Assembly (NCBI GenBank): GCA_043228905.1
Contig: JBHGNT010000006.1
Coordinates: 8,246,001-8,310,000 of the forward strand
Length of the DNA stretch: 64,000 bases
Direction: 5' to 3'
Origin: Azolla caroliniana
Lineage: Eukaryota; Plantae; Polypodiophyta
Part shown: positions 48,278 to 61,345 of the stretch, in pieces
Layout: the number at the start of each line of letters is the position of its first letter
How positions within the stretch are numbered: the first letter of the stretch is position 1
Program-made: the position numbers and the translations under genes
The notes under the pieces: model-generated
The model's database searches: none
The model's input: the letters and a program-made list of their open reading frames with translations, nothing else
Told to the model about the DNA's origin: nothing

Positions 48278-51178
48278 TATATAAGAACCTATGTACATAA
48301 ATATACAAACACGTCCATGTACACATATTCAAATAAGTACATACAATCCATGTATATACACCCATCACATTTCTACATACAAATGTATATGTACACTTCC
48401 GCCTACTACTACATATGTACATATATACAAACACATACACATCCATATATACATATGCACACACACACTCACACTCATTCATTCACTCACTCACTCACTC
48501 AAGTATACATACATGTCTTGCACATTTTCATTTATATAAATATTTACATAGACATATATATCCAAAAATACTCTCATATAATTAGGCAATCTTAAACCCA
48601 CACATTTACTGAAGCACCTATGGACACTTAGATACATTATCAAAGTTTACCAAAGACATTTGAAGGAAGCTCCGAGCTACTCTAACTTACATTTACAATG
48701 ATCCCGAAGTCATTAACTTGGTCAATCCCATCTTCTCTGGTCTAGGTCCTCAACGGTGTTGCTTGCATATTGGATTCACATGTGTTAACTTCGCGATAAT
48801 GTATTGGCAAAACTAGGCTACGTATTGGTTGGCAATTGCGTCTACCATTTAGGCTATATGATATAGGGTTTTGAATATGTACATATATATGGTTAAACAT
48901 TTAGGCAACCCCATCCTTAATTCAAAAGTATATTGATGTCATGGGAAGGATTTTTAGGAAGCTCAAATTCTATATTCAAATTTAGCCTAGTGAATGCATC
49001 CTCACTTCCTTAAAAATAATGCACTTTTTATCATTAATTACACTTTTTTGTCTACTCTATATGGATTATTTTTTAGAGAAGTGGTCAAACTTGAGAACTC
49101 CTAGATGATGGCTAAACTACCTCAATACATCCTTCACTTACTATGTATGTATGTGTGTGTATGTTGTTCTGATCTTTAAAGCTTTGGTTCATTTTGTTAT
49201 AGTTGGGATGGTGTGACTCTTGATTTATTATCCAAAACTTTGTTCCCTTGAGATGTGGTGCTTGTTGGAATTAGTAATATTCAATCAATAATGACAAGAA
49301 TGAACAATTTTACAAACATTATAAATCTAAAAACAAAGTTAACCAGCTTGTTGTCTTACTATAGGATTTTTCAATAGCAAACTAAATGTCAAAAAACGCA
49401 ACGTCTTTTTGCAGAAATTCCCTCATCTTGAGAGACGACACTAACAAAGGGATATGAATATTAGATCTAAATGCTTCCAATTAAAAAAATGCTCAACGAT
49501 CTCGTACTATTTTATCAACAAACGTAATCTATATTCACAAGGAAGGAATAAATAGGATGTTCTACCACTTGTAATCACTCAATTAATTTGGATGCAATCC
49601 AAGAGTATTTGTGATAATTAATGGAATCACTCATTTAAAATTGTTGGGATGGATTGCTTAATATATAACGCACAAATTTTGAAGAATCGCCCAATCTTGG
49701 GGTAAACTGAAGTGTTTAATGAGCCTAGAGAAACATGAACATTACATTTCACATTCAAACAATGTGTAACGAAATTGAATAACGTGGAAAAAGAAGACAC
49801 AAACATGGGAAATATCACAATAGTGTGAATGCAAAACTTAGCACAATTGATTACATCTATGCTAGGCATGTTACTTAATAGTCAATGAAATAGATTGGAG
49901 AATGTGCACATGGTTCAATCATATATTTCACTTTGTACATAGTATCACAAATGTCACGTTGCACGATAGAATCTTAGCTTTGAGGTTATCATCAATAATG
50001 TACTTATTGCAATGTAGATAATGAATAGTTACGCATATTTTTTACACAATTGTAGTTGTATTTCCCTCAAATGTTATGAACACAAAAACATCTTTCTTAT
50101 ACCTCTACCAATAATGCAGAATGAAAAATTAACAACATTCATCTATAATATTTATGAGCAATGACATATTATGTCATGAATGAAAACACAATAACCGTAA
50201 AAACTTGACAAAAAGAGGACACTTAGACTCAATAATTTAAACTAACAATTCAAAAACCCTATTCACCATTTTAAGCAATTTAAATGCTCCAATGTGTCTT
50301 GTATACATACAATATTGCTCTTCCTTCGAGGTCCTTTACATGGAGAATTATGAACAAATAGTAAGTGTGCATATTTCCTTAAAAGGTATGCATGCCATTG
50401 GTGAGGTCTCCACTCGCAATCTTCGCCATCTTAAAATATAGTCCTCCTCCAAAATTTTGCATTTAACCTTCTTCACCCTAGAATTCCCAACATAACCCTT
50501 ATATTTGTATGAATGGAACAAGTTATGGCAACATTGAGCTCATGGTGGAATGCCTTTGACTTACACCGTCAACTATGCGCACAAAGTATTGTGCCTTGTC
50601 TTGATTATGTGTTTTGATCTTCTTCTCTTGCATTCTTCATTTTTTCTCTCAATCAAGCAAATGAACGATGAAATATAAATCATTTGGTCTTTAGAGACAT
50701 CAATACACTTCTTCTCCTTCTATCATCTATGATTAGGTTGGTACTTTTAAGAGTCATATTTTTGTACTTTTTAGGGTCTCAAGAATGAAACATCACACCT
50801 TTATATCATGTATAAAAATTTATGAACCCTTTTAGATGCACATAGTTAATATTAGAAGAACATATACATGTTATGAAACATAATAATGTCTTCGCTTTCA
50901 TTAGAATCAAGGTTGCATCGAAGAATATGGGATCATGTACATCCATAAAAAATGAATGATCTTAATCCACCCACACACAATGCGTGTGTTTATTCCTAGT
51001 AAAGTTCAACTTTTGGGTTGATCATGATGAGACATTCATAAGAGCTTCAACCACTTCAAACAAAACTTATGGTTTATTATTTCATCAATGAAAAAAAAGA
51101 AAATGAAGTTTTCTTAATGTGATAGTTTAATACACCAATATCAAAGTTATAGATACAATATGTAGCCCTTTATGAGGA

Positions 51179-54100
51179 TCAATGTTTTGTGGCATGATGA
51201 AGGATGTCGATTGATGTTGATAGGAACCACAATATTTGGTTGCGTGAGTACAATGGAGAAGGATAGACAAATGATAAAAGGAGCTCAGAATCATTAACAA
51301 GTGTCTCCGATACCAAGAAACAAGGACCCACAAAGTGCACTGATGTGAGAGGTCCAATTGCTCCCACAATTCGGGTTTTCTCAATACCCCATGATTCTTT
51401 TAAAGGCTCATTGGTGTCCATTGAAATTGTAAAAAGTGTTGTTCTACATGATGAGTTGGGAGTCATGGATGGACGTTTGAGCACCTAGAAAGAGAAAATG
51501 AAGAGCCTTAATGTGATTAGAAAATAACCAAAATATATTTATGTTGTGTAAAAGAAAAAATTGCTCAAATATAATTTTGTTCATAACCAAAATATATTTA
51601 TGTTGTGTAAGTTTGTGATTGTTATGGTAAGTTCATGAGAAGATTAAAGTTCTTGGGCCGAGTATCTAGGAAGGACTTTATGTCTAATAGCTTTGCTTGC
51701 AAGCCAGAAAATGATTGATTTTTAAAGGCCTTAAATATTTGACATGGTGTTTTGATTTTATAACCGAACAAAATGATTGTGGACATATACCTGAGAGAAG
51801 AGCATATTGAGGAGAGGCATCTTGGATAAATGTTTGCCTTTGAGAGCATCATTATGTATGGATGATGCCACTTGGCGAGCAAGGTTCCAAAAGTCAACGT
51901 TTTCATCCTTGATCTTGGCACTTGTAAGTAAGGCAAGTGTGTAGTTTCCCATTACACCTTCATCAACTTTAGGCTCTAACATTGCCCGGCAATCCATCAC
52001 ACTAAAAACAACAATACCTAAATACTTTAACTAAACATACAAAAGAAAAGAAATACATATTTATATAATGACTCGACAACTTTCAACCAATACATTGAGT
52101 ATGTTAAATAAGAGTGTTAAGTTTCAACTTGTGCTTCATTACATGGGGATAGTTTATAAATTATGATCATAATCTAATATTTGGCAAAAAATGTGTATGA
52201 ATAACAATAGTATAGGAATTACCAGCTAAATGAGAATTCATCGAGCTTTTCGCCTTTGGAACCCTTGATGGTCGCCGCAGTCTTTAGAAAAGCGGTTGCA
52301 AGAGCTACCCCTAGCTCCATCCCTTCCCTCTTGCATGATGCTAATAGCGACGTCGTTCCTACATGGGCACATTCATGCTTATAAATTAATATATCATGAC
52401 AACTTTGCTAGAACTTTACTTCTAACCAAACTCACTACACACTAGTCAAATCTTAAAATTGTGGCATATTAATAAAATACAATTGGGACTAGTAATTGTG
52501 GGCATTTAGCCCTTACACTTTGACATGTTGAGTCTTGACTCAATCTTCCATGTAACCAATGAACCACAACTCTAGGGTTGGGTTCACACCAAACAATATA
52601 GTTGGTTCACACACTAACCAATTTACGAATATTTTATATTAAATGTATATTAGGTAAAAGGGGTCTGATGTCAGATAAAAGAATATTTGGGGTGTTGTTC
52701 AAGCATATAAGACCATGAAATACCATGCGTGCTAAAAGTGAATGAGCAAGCATCATGACTAAATGAGTAGATTCTTACATGTTTGGGTACAAATTGTTGG
52801 ACCAAATACATCAAACGTTTTTCTTTAGTATAATTTAAAAAACATAACATAGCTTGGAAAATCCATTATCCATACAACAAGACCATTGTTATGAAGACGA
52901 GGAATTGAATCAACGCCACACGATCTTTATAAGGTATTATAATAATGTGACCGACAATGCACGTGAAAAGAGATTTATAATGCTCATTATTGTATATGTT
53001 TGTACATGTAGAAGCTCGACTAGCTCATAGGTCTATTGTTTTTTTTCTGTAAATAGAGTCATTTCCGTACAGAATTACAAAGCTTTCGCTTTAGAGGATG
53101 CGTTCGCATAGGTAGCCAAGACCAAGGCTCACTATTTGGCATAGGTACTTATAACTAGGGACTGACTAAGGTCTAGCTTTTCTTTCTCTATTGGGGGAAA
53201 AAAACTTAATATCCTAGATTCAAAAGGACTTGGTTAGTTACATATGCTCTAATATCTATTTTAATGGGAATGTGAGTGTAAATGACATACATAAACTCTT
53301 TGGGAGGTTTCACATTTTCCAAAAGAAGAAAAAATATTTAAAAGTAAAAGTTTAAGAGCCTTTTTTCCAAACTTCAGTCCAACTTTGAATTTCAAAGTTT
53401 AGGACATTGCAAGTGAAAATGACATCCATGTTAATTCTTTTAAACATAGTGTGGGTTCGCCAAATCCATTTTAAGACCATGGGTATTTATTGATCATTGA
53501 TTTTGTGGATAGCCAATAAAAACCAACCCTATTGGATGGAAGGAAAAGGGTATACATGTCCCAATGTGAACCTTGACATGACTCATCACTTGATGTTTGT
53601 CGGAGGAGGCACTGTGACCACTCAACGACTATTGTTCGACAACAATACATGAGCCAAAGAATTTATAGGCATCTCATCCACCTATTTCTCAAGGATTGAA
53701 TGCTAACTAACTAGGTTAGGAGTAATGACTTGTAATGTCTTGCACTAGGGATAGATCGAATGAATTGGATTGTCCATTGCATAACTAGATCTTGTAATTT
53801 CTTGTCCTCCTAATATAACTAGAACATTTGTACTAGGGATAGATCCAATGAATTTGGATGGATAGTCCATATTTATAACTAGTTCTTATAATGTCATGTC
53901 CTCACAAATGTTCCCAATGTGGTGAGAGCAAGGTGTCTACAAAACATATAGTTTAATGGGGTCCATACCTTCTTTCCCGAGGCTTCGACATGCGAGATCG
54001 GATCGGAACGATGGCCGGATGCTGTTGTTGACAAGGGTGGGTAGGGTATGGAACGGCAAAAGCCGCCAATTCTTGGCCTTCATGATGTAGCTCGCGGTAT

Positions 54101-54249
54101 CCATCCCTTTCTTGAGCAAACTCTTGGGCTTGGTCTTGGGCAAGAGCTCTTCGATGGGCAAAGGGAGCCTAGCATGGGTCCTAGGGGTCATTGTCATGTT
54201 AGATGTGGTTATCGTTGCCGGACGGGTTGTTGTCGCCGGATGAATCCCC

Positions 54250-54295
<46 letters not shown>

Positions 54296-55124
54296 CAATG
54301 GTACCGGTGGGTGTACCGGCCCTAGCCATGGCGGATCGGAGCTCCTCCTCCCCATTGCCATTCATTACGGATGCGATCGCCACGAGCAGGTCCCGCGCGA
54401 TGAGCCTCATCGATGCCGGATCAAAGAGTGCGTTATGCAAGCGCAGGACTATGCCTTTGAGCTTGAGCTCGGGCTTTCCGGGGCCGGGATGTTCCGCAGA
54501 GTTCTTCGTGGTGGTGGTGACGGCGGTGCATGCGGAGCGATAGAAGCATGCCTTGAAGAGATTGACAGGAGTGATGGTGATAGGATCTAGCCCTGCATTG
54601 CTGCCATGGAATGGCAGATTCAGCTCCTGGACTAATGCTCCATGGAGGAAGCCATGGCTATCCTCACAATGCAGTACAGCTAAACCTCCTGCGCCTTCTT
54701 CTTCACCATTGTGGTGATGAAGCTGTGGCCATGGCTTCTCTTCAACCACATTGGATGAAATCTTGGTGTGATGATTGGAACCCATTTGCACACACATTAT
54801 GTTCTTCTTCCTGTTATGAGTCCCCACTTTATTGGTAGTGCCTGTATTGACAGTAGTGGTAGTAGTACTGTGTAATATAGAGCCTGTGCTGCTCCCTTCT
54901 ACAATCTGTGCCCCCAGCAATGGATGTTTCTTCATGACAAGATCTATGGCTTTCTCCACATGCTCCACCTCCATCTCTTCTGACTCCAGTAGGATCCCAT
55001 ACACTATTATCCCACTACCCCCTGCTGTGCTCTTTGCATAGTTCTCCTCAAAGGAGCTCAATGCCCTTATTTCATACTCATCCACACTCGCCTCAACATG
55101 ATGAGGATGGTGAGGATGATGCAT
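51179..55124 (-). CDS. CoA-dependent acyltransferase / condensation-domain (alcohol acetyltransferase-like) protein; exons 55124-53969, 52358-52223, 52001-51791, 51484-51179; ~602 aa
   Basis: RALSSFE start motif, KKHPLLGAQI, LRLHNALFD, VMDCRAML...GNY, FWNLAR, SFVYPSPLYSR; GT-AG introns with consistent phases. Confidence 0.8.
54250..54294. repeat. (GAT)n microsatellite encoding poly-Ser in exon 1
   Basis: About 15 GAT units; minus-strand ORF reads a Ser run. Confidence 0.9.
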
Positions 55125-55134
55125 GGTTAAAAGC

Positions 55135-55820
55135 AAGAGATTAGTGATGTGGGCAATGAGTTTAATGTGAGGGATTAGTGTTGTGTGTGTGTGTGTGTGC
55201 GTGTGTGTGGGCAGGGAATTAGTAATGTGGGCAGCTTGTTAAGGAAGAGATTAGTGATGTGGGCAATGAGTTTAAAGTGAGGGTTTAGTGATGTGTGTGT
55301 GTGTGGGCAAGGGAATTAAGCAAGAGATTAGCAATGTGGGCAATTAGTTAAGCAAGATTGTAGTGATGTGGGTTAGCTAGTTATGTTAGAGATTATGGTG
55401 ATGAAAGAGGATAGTTAAGCAATAGTGATGTGGGTTAGCTAGTTAAGCTAGAGATTATGGTGATGACGGAGGGGAGTTAAGCAATGGTGATGTGGGTTAG
55501 CTAGTTAAGCTAGAGATTATGGTGATGAAAGAGGATAGTTAAGCAATAGTGATGTGGGTTAGCTAGTTAAGCTAGAGATTATGGTGATGACGGAGGGGAG
55601 TTAAGCAATGGTGATGTGGGTTAGCTAGTTAAGCTAGAGATTATGGTGATGAAGGAGGGGAGTTAAGCAAGAGATTATAGTGATGTGGGCAGCTAATTAA
55701 GTCGGAGATTATGGTAGTGTTTGGGTAGTTATTTATGCAATAGATTAGTGATTTGGTTTACTTTTAAGCAAGAGATTAGTAAATATGGCTAGTTAATTAA
55801 GCAAGAGATTAGTGATAATG
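55135..55820. repeat. Minisatellite with a 62-bp core period immediately upstream of the acyltransferase-like ATG
   Basis: GTGATGTGGGTTAGCTAG recurs at 55363, 55425, 55487, 55549 and 55611, with degenerate flanking copies. Confidence 0.9.
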
Positions 55821-57699
55821 ATTAAGTTTCCTTCAAGAGAGATTGGATCAACAATGACGAAAGATAGATGAAAAATATATAGAGAGAAGAAGAGCAAGGT
55901 AAGTGATGGGTCTTATAGCTAGTTCTCTCGAGTGTGAACACTATTTTTATGCCTTGGAGTTTCATGGCTCGACGATACAACTTTTCAATTTCCGTAAATG
56001 TAATTGCGCTAATCTCGGGTTCTTTTGGTTTGTTTTTTTGTTGTTGGAACATATACATGATCCCCCCCCTATCTTTCTCTCGAATGTTACTATGGTTGTC
56101 GTTTATTGTGTGCACAACCACCACCCTTTATCACTTTCACACGTCATACTTCTCAATCAATCCGAACATTTGTAGTCTCATTTGAAGCTTTCTCGCTTTG
56201 AATTTCATTCTCATTTCTCATTCCGATCGATGACTTTCCATTATCCATCGTGTACTTTTTCATGGACTTTGAGAACCCATGCGTTCAACTTAATGAAACC
56301 CAAGGTGAGTTTTTTCAAGATAAAAAAAATAAATTCAACAATTCAAAAGTCGAGAGCTCCATTTGTGGGCTTTTGTTATGCAAATTATTAGTTTTTAACC
56401 TGTTGCTTTAGTTTCAGCCTTTACACCTTCAAAGATATTGAATGGGAACTAGAATTGTTTAATCTAGCGAACAATAATTTGTTCTCGATGGTGTATTACA
56501 ATTTACAACTTGTCACCTTGTGCTTTTGTATGTAATGTTTTTTCCTTTATTCCTTTTGATTGTATAAGATCATTTGACTTGGACAGAAATAATTTTCCAC
56601 TCGATTGTCTTTCTCAGTTTTTTTCACATAGATACTAAATACCCATCACAAAAATTGAATGTTTGAAAACAAGCTTCGAATAATCTCAAAGGGGTTCAAT
56701 TTTAAGTGTTGTCGAGAACCCTTTCACTTCCAAGTTCCTTTATAAAAGTGTGTTACCACCTTGGAGAAACTAAAGAACAATAATGTCACTCCAAACTTCA
56801 ATTGGAATTTTTATTCATGATGTGATGGAGCTTACTCGAGGAACTTCACATCGATTTTATGTATGACATAAAAAGAATCCCTTGAAACGTGTGAGTGATT
56901 AACTACGACTTAAATATGGATTCTATTCAAACACATAATCTATCCCTAGGAATAAGGATGAGAAATGAAATTCCCACTTTACTATAACTTTAATTAATCA
57001 CTCAGTCAATTTATAAGGAATGCTTATGTTCAAAGAGAACCTATTATTTACATTTCACTTTAGATTTGTTTATTCCCCTAACTTAAGGTTATCGATACAG
57101 TATTATAAACCTAAAAGAAAAATCATACACACCTGAGTCTAGTACCCCCCCCCCCCCTTCCCAAAGTCTTTTTAATGCACCATGATTAAATGTCCACTCT
57201 ATCCGTTGCTCAAGTATGCTTGACATAGTTCCACATTAGCATTTCAAAAATTTTAGGATAGTACCATATATCCATAATCCATGGTTATTCACTTGGGTCT
57301 CAAGATGAACCTCAAGGTTTTCTCCTTGGATTCCATGTGATTGTAACTAGCAACAACATGAAGGCTCAAAGCAACCCCTCCTTATTTTGAAAAATGATTC
57401 TTTATGACTAGGGCAATATCTTTCCTTTTAGAAGAAGTCACCTTTTCCACATTGTTTCTTAATTGTCTATTTCATCTTCTATTCCAAAATCACCTACTTA
57501 TCATCATGAATATAACATATAGATGTTATGATATTTTATGTTTGTACAATAACATAAGAGGTATTATGAGCTCTTTGAACATTTGTATTAAAGTTGAGCA
57601 AAACCAGTTGGGACTTGAAACGAAGAAGATGCATTGTCAATGAAGGGTTGCATGAAATGATATTTGTGATGTGGTTCAGCTCGACAAATGTGTGCACAT

Positions 57700-58200
57700 G
57701 TGAAAACTGTCGAGTAAACCTCTCGCCTAAAAAGCCTTTGGGTAAACATTTCGCATAAAGCCCTCAAGAAAACTCTTCGGATAATCCCTTCATGGGTTAA
57801 ATGCCATCATGGATTTGCTTATGTAAATTCTTTGGGAAAGGCCTTCATGTAAAATTGTCACATGATTTGCTCACGAAAATGCTTCACGAAAATCTCTTGT
57901 GGACTTGCTTCATGTAAATGCTTCAACGAAACTCCTCTAGGAAAATCTTGTTGGGGGGAAAGCCTTAGTGAAAAATTCTTTCATGGCCTTATTTAGCATA
58001 AACCTTTTGTGCACATATATTTGTCAGCTAAATCTTTGTACGATTCTCTCATGCAACGGCTTCGAGAAAACTTTGTTGTGAAAACATTTGTTTGATGTCC
58101 TCATAAAAAACTCTAATGTAATTGGTTTATGTGAAGCCTTCATGTATATCCTTTGCGTAAAACTCTCACGAAGTCCCTTCACACAATTCACTTCAGAACT
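57700..58200. repeat. Degenerate short tandem repeats (CTTCATGTAAA/CTTCACGAAAA-like), possibly DNA-transposon subterminal repeats
   Basis: Recurrent CTTCA(T/C)G(T/A)AAA words. Confidence 0.4.
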
Positions 58201-61200
58201 TAGCCAAGCCATATTTTGTTTTCTTAAATATTTCACGTGCCCTTATTTTTTGCTTTTCTCAAAATCTCGTCATGAACCTCTCCCGCACCATAACAAGAAA
58301 AAGAAGCAAAATCCCTTAAATACAACCACAAAGAAGGAAACTCCACTCTACAAAACACAACAAAGAAGAAGAAGAAGAACACTAACCCTCACAAGGAAAA
58401 AGAATTTTTAAACTCTCCAACGCAACACCTCAATTTATTTTTGAACTCATAACATCACAATCATCACATGGACACCTAACCTTAGCAAATATCCATTGTT
58501 GTGTTCATATTTACTGTTAATATAATTGATGCCACTTACACATTGTAGCTCACCTTTTCCTTTCATTAATTGCCCCGAGTAGGTTTCTAACCTTTGAACC
58601 ATATTATTCAAGAAGCTAGCTCTTAATTTCGAGCTATGCTCATTTGTATATTAATCTTGTCTCTCTAACATTTTCTTCCAATGACTTCTTTGTCTAGAAT
58701 CTTGATCTATTGCAAGATTTCACTTTTATGGCTCTTTCTCCCTTCACAGCTACCAGATCATGACAATTAGCTAAGAAAAAGTTATATGAACTACCTTTTT
58801 TTTGTTATTTGTAGTCTTAACATGTTCAGTTTTAACAACGTTACATAATATGATGAGGGAGAGTTGGTAGAACTTTCACCACCATCAAAAAATCCTTGCA
58901 TTGTTCATGCATTATCAAATGATCAATCACGTTAGGGTGCGACACATGTTATGGTGCCAATTCATCATGGTATTTTATGTTATCCAATTAGTACACATTT
59001 GTCTATTGTGAGTCTTAATTACCAAATATCTCGAAAGATTGAGGATGATTCCATGCATTGGAAGTCACAAGCTTGACCTTTTCTTGTAAGACATAAATTG
59101 ATACGATCCATTATTATTCCTTTAGTTTCATATATCTATCACAGTTACTATGGTCAAGAAAGCTTATTGGAAATCTAACAATCTCAATGTCATTCACATT
59201 ACAAAGGAGAAAGGGAAAAGTGGGTCTCATTTTCATGGCATGAAATCACATGTATTTGGACTCAAAATAGACTTGATGCTGTTGTGTTAGCTACCTAGTG
59301 AAGGATAACGGTGTTTTGAATAATTGGGACCTGATTTGGTATTCGTAGGGGATATCGACAAATTTGCTCAAAGATGCATGGATTAATAGTTTTGGACTGC
59401 TTGATTGCAAATGTGCAAGCAATAAGAGTCATGCCAAATGTTAACTATCTGTTATACATAACATTGTCGTGAAGCAATTGCTTGACAATATAAAAATAAA
59501 TTCAAACATTATATCAAGTGACAATTGTGAGACTTGAACCTATAACCTTGAATATAAAGCACAAAGTATAAACCATTAGCTTCATTAATAATAAATTAGA
59601 TGAGCAACATGACTATCTACATCACATGTAACACATGTGAGGGTGCATTGCATGGATCTAATGCACCCTCACATACATCATACGCATGTGAGCACTTGAC
59701 GAAATCAAGGGTTCAAGTTAGAGTTTGGTAGAGATAAAGGTATCATCTTTACAATTGACTATTGTAACTTAGTAAATCTTGTATTCTCAATATAATAAAG
59801 CTTGTTTTTATCATATACTCTTGCTTCTTGATTTATACACTATGCCCATCTCTTGTCCATGCTTGTCTCTCACCATTTTTGTTATGAACTCTCCTCGTAC
59901 AAAACCTTGGCGGTTCAATACATCGACTATGAACTTTACGATAATGTTACCCATGACGATGTTGGCATCACTATGGATACTAAATCAAATGCAAGACTAG
60001 GAAAGAGGGGGGATAAAACAAGTCTATGCTTCTAGAGCTTAAATTATGCCAATGAAAGGAGGCAAACCTTTTTGTCAATTAGCTATTAGCTCTTCTTGAT
60101 CCTTGAGTTTTCTCTCCCTGCCTAACCTAAAACTAGAGCTTTTTTCCTCTTTCTTTGTCATAAGACTATAGTGAGTTGAGTGTTTAAGGTTAAGTGCTAC
60201 TTAGCTACCGTACTCATTCCTTTCGTATGTGTTTTGTAGACTTCCCTAGTTAGTTGAAATGTGCTTATATGTGCCATTGTTTAACACTTAAAGCTTTCAT
60301 AAGACATTGGTTGGCTTTTTAATCAGAGTTGTCTTAAGAAAGTGTGAGTTAGAAATTGTAAGGTTACAATTTGTGAGGCTAGTGGATTTGAGAGCGGTTA
60401 GGATTACTCTTGCCTATTTTCCATGAATAGGTTAATGCCAATCTAGACCCCTCGGCCAATGATACCAGTGTGGAGATGTAATTTTGCCAATATGAATATG
60501 TTTGTTGGGGGTGAATGCCTAGAGCTGACACAAAGTAAAATAGTGTCACTTATAAATTAATTATAATTATAAGGAGAGGATTATAAAAAGGGCGTTGCTA
60601 TTTTCCATTTCAATCTAAGATGTTTATCTACTAGGTTATGGTTGAACACATTGTTGGTGTAATGTGTTTGTTTTACAAAAGTGTCAATGGAACAAGTAGC
60701 CATCACTTCGTCCCTTGTCTATTGGAAAAATCAAATTAGACACATATATATGTAGTGTTGGCTTCTATATTTAAGGTTTCAAAACCCCAATCCAATGGAT
60801 TTTTGCACAAATGGATTGTCCAAGTTTGGATTGCTTTCACCATAGTTTAAAACAGTTTTGAAGGGGACGTTTTGTTTATTTGAGAGAGGGAGGGAGGGAG
60901 AGAGATAAATAGATTCTATTACCGTCTTTGGAGGTCAAACATGACCTATGAGACCAAAAATATTACATTTCACGTGATCCATGTGAAAGTGAGTAGCGAC
61001 TCTCGATGTTCAAGAACTTTACAAATGAATGTTGCAATCAAGAGTGCACATTGTGGTTGTGAGAGAAATTTGTGGAAGGGTTGGGCTCGGTCGAAGTTGT
61101 GTAGAAAGCATGGTCGAATATGATCAAAGGAAAAGCATTGTATCAAAGTGTGATACTCAGACTTGTATCAAAGTGTGACACTCAGACTCTCAAAATTGTG

Positions 61201-61290
61201 TTAGGGCAAAGTGTGCATAGTCGACCACTCTCATCACTTGTGCCCCAATGCCCCATCTCACATTGCAATGCACGTGAGCTAAATTGCATG

Positions 61291-61294
<4 letters not shown>

Positions 61295-61342
<48 letters not shown>
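61295..61342. repeat. (GA)n microsatellite at the 5' junction of the LINE
   Basis: About 24 GA units. Confidence 0.9.

Positions 61343-61345
<3 letters not shown>

Noticed and set aside
55363-55680. Regularly spaced repeats resembling a CRISPR array
   Set aside because: The intervening sequences are themselves repeated, there are no cas genes, and the context is eukaryotic.
61292-61342. Poly-ER N-terminus of the LINE ORF
   Set aside because: Translation of the (GA)n microsatellite.
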